Source: Candidatus Subterrananammoxibius californiae (GTDB taxonomy: Bacteria > Planctomycetota > Brocadiia > Brocadiales > Subterrananammoxibiaceae). From it: DNA of 10,140 nt. The notes under the pieces were generated by a model. That model was given only the letters and a program-made list of their open reading frames with translations. It did not search any database and was not told the DNA's origin. The translations under genes and the position numbers were made by a program. Shown here piece by piece: positions 7,001-10,140 of this stretch. Position 1 is the stretch's first letter. Every line of letters begins with the position of its first letter. The stretch covers positions 1 through 10,140 of the forward strand of contig JAURAC010000056.1 in NCBI GenBank assembly GCA_030586555.1, written 5' to 3'.

Positions 7001-7189
7001 ATGGAATATAGAAAAAAGGTGGAAATGATTGATTGTACCGGCTGTGATTATGATACTTGTCGGAGAGAAGATACGGTGAGTGCGGAAACATCTTCGATCA
7101 AGGGGCAAGCCACCGAATTGGTGATCTCTGAAAGGATTAATACTACCGGGTTTACACTAACGGATATACGCAGCAAGAAAGTAGTCTGA
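7001..7189 (+). pseudogene. Probable remnant of an exported TlpA/ResA-like redoxin
   Basis: 7100-7186 encodes KGQATELVISERINTTGFTLTDIRSKKVV*, resembling the TlpA-type N-terminus G..APEL.ISEWIN....TL.DLRGKVV, and stops before the CxxC. A hydrophobic signal core LIVPAVIMILVG (7029-7064) sits in another frame. Confidence 0.6.
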
Positions 7190-7225
7190 CGCTATTATAG
7201 AGAGAAAATTACATGGAGGTGAATG

Positions 7226-7765
7226 ATGGCAAGACTTTCGGTTATAGGGAGAGAACAAGTCCTGAAACATGATTTTGAAGTGCAGGAGATATTTACTGAA
7301 ATTGAGGATGCTTTTGGCAAGATCCCCAATTTATTTAAGACCTACGCTCATTTTCCTCCACTATTGAAGGCCAACTGGAGCAAGGTAAAGGCAGTAATGA
7401 TGCAAGGGAGTTTGAGCCGAAAGGTCAAAGAATCTATTGCCCTTCTGGTTTCAAAGGACAATAGTTGTGCGTATTGCGTAGCGGCTCATACGGCCGCACT
7501 CAGGACAATCGGGACTACGGACAAAGAGCTTGGAATGATTGAGAGTGAGATTGAGAAATCAAAATTTACGGAGAAGGAACGAGAACTTATAACCTTTGTC
7601 AGGAAGGCGAACAAAGACCCCAATAAGATAACTGATGAAGAATTTGAAGAGCTAAGGAAGGGAGGTGCTAGTGATTCGGAAATTGTTGAAGCTCTTGGTG
7701 TGATGGAACTCTTTACAGCATTTAATAAATTCCTTGATTCTCTTAACGTAGAAATAGATTTCTGA
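7226..7765 (+). CDS. AhpD / carboxymuconolactone-decarboxylase-family peroxidase-related protein
   Basis: FGKIPNLFKTYAHFP and LSRKVKESIALLVSKDNSCAYCVAAH (E...CxxCxxxH AhpD core). GGAGG at 7215-7219 favours ATG 7226 over 7223. Confidence 0.9.
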   Translation: MARLSVIGREQVLKHDFEVQEIFTEIEDAFGKIPNLFKTYAHFPPLLKANWSKVKAVMMQGSLSRKVKESIALLVSKDNSCAYCVAAHTAALRTIGTTDKELGMIESEIEKSKFTEKERELITFVRKANKDPNKITDEEFEELRKGGASDSEIVEALGVMELFTAFNKFLDSLNVEIDF

Positions 7766-8895
7766 TGATAATTTTAATAACCCTTTTTCTGGCCACCTGC
7801 TTTCTTGCATATTCAAATGGTGCAAATGACAACTTCAAAGGGGTAGCTACACTTTTCGGAAGTAAGACAACTAATTATAAATTTGCAATCTGGTGGGCAA
7901 CTATTACAACATTTGCAGGTTCGCTGGCTTCCATATTCTTTGCATATGGTCTTGTGAAGACCTTTTCCGGTAAAGGCTTGGTCCCCCAAAGTATCTCCTC
8001 TGCTCCTGAATTCCTTACAGCAGTGGCGATTGGCGCTGCCATTACTGTTATGGTTGCAACGATTACAGGGTTTCCAATCTCAACCACTCATAGTCTGACA
8101 GGCGCCCTGGTCGGCGCTGGTTTTGTAGCCGTAGGTTCACAGGTTAATTTTGCCGTTCTGGGCAGCGCCTTTTTCCTGCCTCTTTTACTTAGTCCTGTTA
8201 TTGCGACTGCTCTTGGCAGCGGTCTTTATATTATTTTCCGGAATATGCGTATCCGTTCTGGCATAACTAAGGAATGGTGCATTTGTGTTGGTGAACAGAG
8301 AAAAGCAATTCCATCATGTATGCCTGCTCCTGCTCTTAGTGTAAAATACGGTAATACTATCAGCGCTACAATTGACACAGAAGAAAACTGCCAGGAAATT
8401 TATCAAGGACGTTTCCTGGGTATAAATAGCCAGAAATTGCTGGATTCTTTGCATTTTTGCTCTGCCGGGGTTGTCAGCTTTGCACGGGGTCTCAATGATA
8501 CCCCAAAGATTGTTGCCCTTTTATTATTAATGAAAGGTTTATCAATACCGTGGGGCATGTTTACCGTTGCTCTTGGTATGGCTGTAGGAGGGCTTTTGAA
8601 TGCCAGAAATGTGGCTGAAACAATGAGTAATAAAATCACAAAACTAAACCACGGTCAGGGCTTTACTGCAAACCTTGTCACCAGCATTCTTGTAATATTT
8701 GCCAGTAAGCTTGGGATGCCCGTATCCACAACACATGTATCAGTAGGCTCTCTTTTTGGCATAGGGTTAATTACAAAGCGTGTAAACATTCGCAAAGTAC
8801 TGGAAATACTTTTATCATGGTTCACAACCTTGCCTGTTGCCGCGGTATTTAGCGGCGGCGCGTATTGGATATTAGGAAAATGGTTATTCAATTAA
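7765..8895 (+). CDS. PiT-family (PHO4) inorganic anion transporter
   Basis: TGATG overlap with the upstream gene. Inverted-repeat motifs NGANDNFKG...GFPISTTH and RGLNDTPK...GMPVSTTH; many TM helices. Confidence 0.9.
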   Translation: MIILITLFLATCFLAYSNGANDNFKGVATLFGSKTTNYKFAIWWATITTFAGSLASIFFAYGLVKTFSGKGLVPQSISSAPEFLTAVAIGAAITVMVATITGFPISTTHSLTGALVGAGFVAVGSQVNFAVLGSAFFLPLLLSPVIATALGSGLYIIFRNMRIRSGITKEWCICVGEQRKAIPSCMPAPALSVKYGNTISATIDTEENCQEIYQGRFLGINSQKLLDSLHFCSAGVVSFARGLNDTPKIVALLLLMKGLSIPWGMFTVALGMAVGGLLNARNVAETMSNKITKLNHGQGFTANLVTSILVIFASKLGMPVSTTHVSVGSLFGIGLITKRVNIRKVLEILLSWFTTLPVAAVFSGGAYWILGKWLFN

Positions 8896-8967
8896 CAGTG
8901 TAAATTTATTGTATAGGAATTTTCATTTATTTATGAGGGTTTTCAAGACGTTTTTTCATATAAAGTC

Positions 8968-9029
8968 ATGGGTGAAGCAAAGCGCACCCAACAAAAATTG
9001 TGGCGATGTGTTCGCTACGCCGAACCCAT
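8968..9029. repeat. Degenerate inverted REP doublet (REPIN-like)
   Basis: ATGGGTGAAGCAAAGCGCACCCAAC (8968-8992) vs the reverse complement of 9005-9029, ATGGGTTCGGCGTAGCGAACACATC: 17/25 identical, and each unit is an imperfect hairpin. Confidence 0.65.
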
Positions 9030-9059
9030 CCTTATAATATTTAAAATGAGGAAAAATAT

Positions 9060-10140
9060 ATGCCCAGAGACATACCGGTAGGAAATGGTTCAATGCTGGT
9101 TACCTTCGATCTGGAATATCAGATCAGGGATATTTATTATCCGTATGTGGGGAAGGAGAATCACACCATTGGACATCCCTGCAGGATGGGCGTCTGGGTA
9201 GATGGACAATTTAGCTGGATGGGTGGGGATTGGCAAAAGACGTTAAAATACAAAGAAGACTCCCTGGTGACCGATGTGAAAGCGAGGAATGATCGTTTAA
9301 AAATTGAACTCCAGATGTATGACACGGTTGATCTTCATTTAAATATTTTTGTAAAAGAAATCGTCGTCAGGAATTTAGAAGGAAGAGACCGGGAAATACG
9401 ACTGTTTTTCAATCACGATTTTCATATTTACGAGAACGAGATAGGGGACACGGCCTATTACGACCCTGATACGAGGGCAATCATTCACTATAAATCCCAG
9501 CGGTATTTCCTGATAAATTGTTGTGATCCGACCAAATGCGGGGTAGACCATTTTGCTACAGGGATCAAGGAATTACGCGGCGCTGAGGGGACATGGAGAG
9601 ATGCTGAGGATGGTACGTTAAGTGGAAATCCCATTGCCCAAGGATCGGTCGATTCGACATTAGGTATTAATTTACAGATAAAGGCACATGGTGAAAATAC
9701 CGCCCACTATTGGATTGCTGCAGGAATGAAGCACAGTGAAGTGGTAAAACTCAATAAAGTTATCTGGGAGAAAACACCCGAAGAGTTGATCAGACGTACT
9801 GAAAATTACTGGAAACTGTGGGTTAATAAGGAGGGCTTTAATTTCTACGACCTTCCTCAAAGTCTGGTATCGTTTTTTAAAAGAAGCTTGCTGATTATTC
9901 GAACGCAGATTGATAACAACGGCGCCATCATTGCAGCGAATGATTCAGATATTGTCCAAATGGGAAGAGACACCTATTCTTATATGTGGCCGCGTGATGG
10001 CGCACTGATCGCGTACGCCCTCATCAAATCAGGATACATGGATACAACGAAGCGATTTTTTCAATTTTGCGCTGACGTCATTTCTAAAGACGGCTATTTG
10101 CTCCACAAATATAATCCAGACAGGTCTGTTGCCAGTTCGT
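9060..10140 (+). CDS. Glycoside hydrolase family 15 (glucoamylase-like); continues past the right edge
   Basis: Missing from the ORF track. GAGG RBS then ATG 9060: MPRDIPVGNGSMLVTFD...IRDIYYPYVGKENH...QIDNNGAIIAANDSD...DTYSYMWPRDGALIAYAL (GH15 Y.W.RD motif)...GYLLHKYNPD. Confidence 0.92.
   Translation, partial: MPRDIPVGNGSMLVTFDLEYQIRDIYYPYVGKENHTIGHPCRMGVWVDGQFSWMGGDWQKTLKYKEDSLVTDVKARNDRLKIELQMYDTVDLHLNIFVKEIVVRNLEGRDREIRLFFNHDFHIYENEIGDTAYYDPDTRAIIHYKSQRYFLINCCDPTKCGVDHFATGIKELRGAEGTWRDAEDGTLSGNPIAQGSVDSTLGINLQIKAHGENTAHYWIAAGMKHSEVVKLNKVIWEKTPEELIRRTENYWKLWVNKEGFNFYDLPQSLVSFFKRSLLIIRTQIDNNGAIIAANDSDIVQMGRDTYSYMWPRDGALIAYALIKSGYMDTTKRFFQFCADVISKDGYLLHKYNPDRSVASS

Noticed and set aside
7034..7060. 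CTGCDYDTC as a metal or Fe-S binding motif in a novel small protein
   Set aside because: Better explained as the out-of-frame reading of a hydrophobic signal sequence (ATT GTA, GCT GTG, CTT GTC codons); not fully excluded.
7026..7189. Selenocysteine read-through at TGA 7026 or TGA 7187
   Set aside because: Neither TGA sits at a redox-active CxxC-equivalent position, no convincing SECIS hairpin follows, and read-through gives no redoxin active site. The CxxC motifs I checked use TGT/TGC.
1642..9860. Remaining short ORFs overlapping real genes (1642-1926, 3334-3558, 3374-3571, 3945-4145, 4674-4925, 5127-5318, 5296-5493, 5793-6083, 6717-6965, 7875-8087, 8403-8639, 8655-8891, 9672-9860)
   Set aside because: Antisense or off-frame shadows of well-supported genes, without recognisable domains.
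1..10140. CRISPR array, tRNA/rRNA, transposase or integrase
   Set aside because: No regularly spaced direct repeats, structural RNA signatures or recombinase ORFs were seen; the palindromes are isolated and mutually different.

Overview
AT-rich bacterial window, tentatively from an anammox planctomycete (Ca. Brocadiaceae-like; inferred from recalled protein style only). It opens with the 5' part of hemC on the minus strand, with a near-consensus sigma70 promoter. Divergently, a co-oriented plus-strand cluster (1141-8895) encodes a SigR/SigH-like ECF sigma factor, a membrane-anchored zinc-binding (ZAS) anti-sigma, an exported CxxC heavy-metal-associated protein, a Met-rich cytochrome P460-family lipoprotein, a DinB-family protein (probably C-terminally truncated), thioredoxin, full-length DsbD, a likely decayed TlpA-like redoxin, an AhpD/CMD peroxidase-like protein and an atypical PiT-family transporter. 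A GH15 glycoside hydrolase runs off the right end. Three different REP-like palindromic elements lie in intergenic gaps. The main candidate system is an ECF-controlled, trans-envelope thiol-redox / metal(loid) / N-oxide stress module built around a P460 cytochrome.
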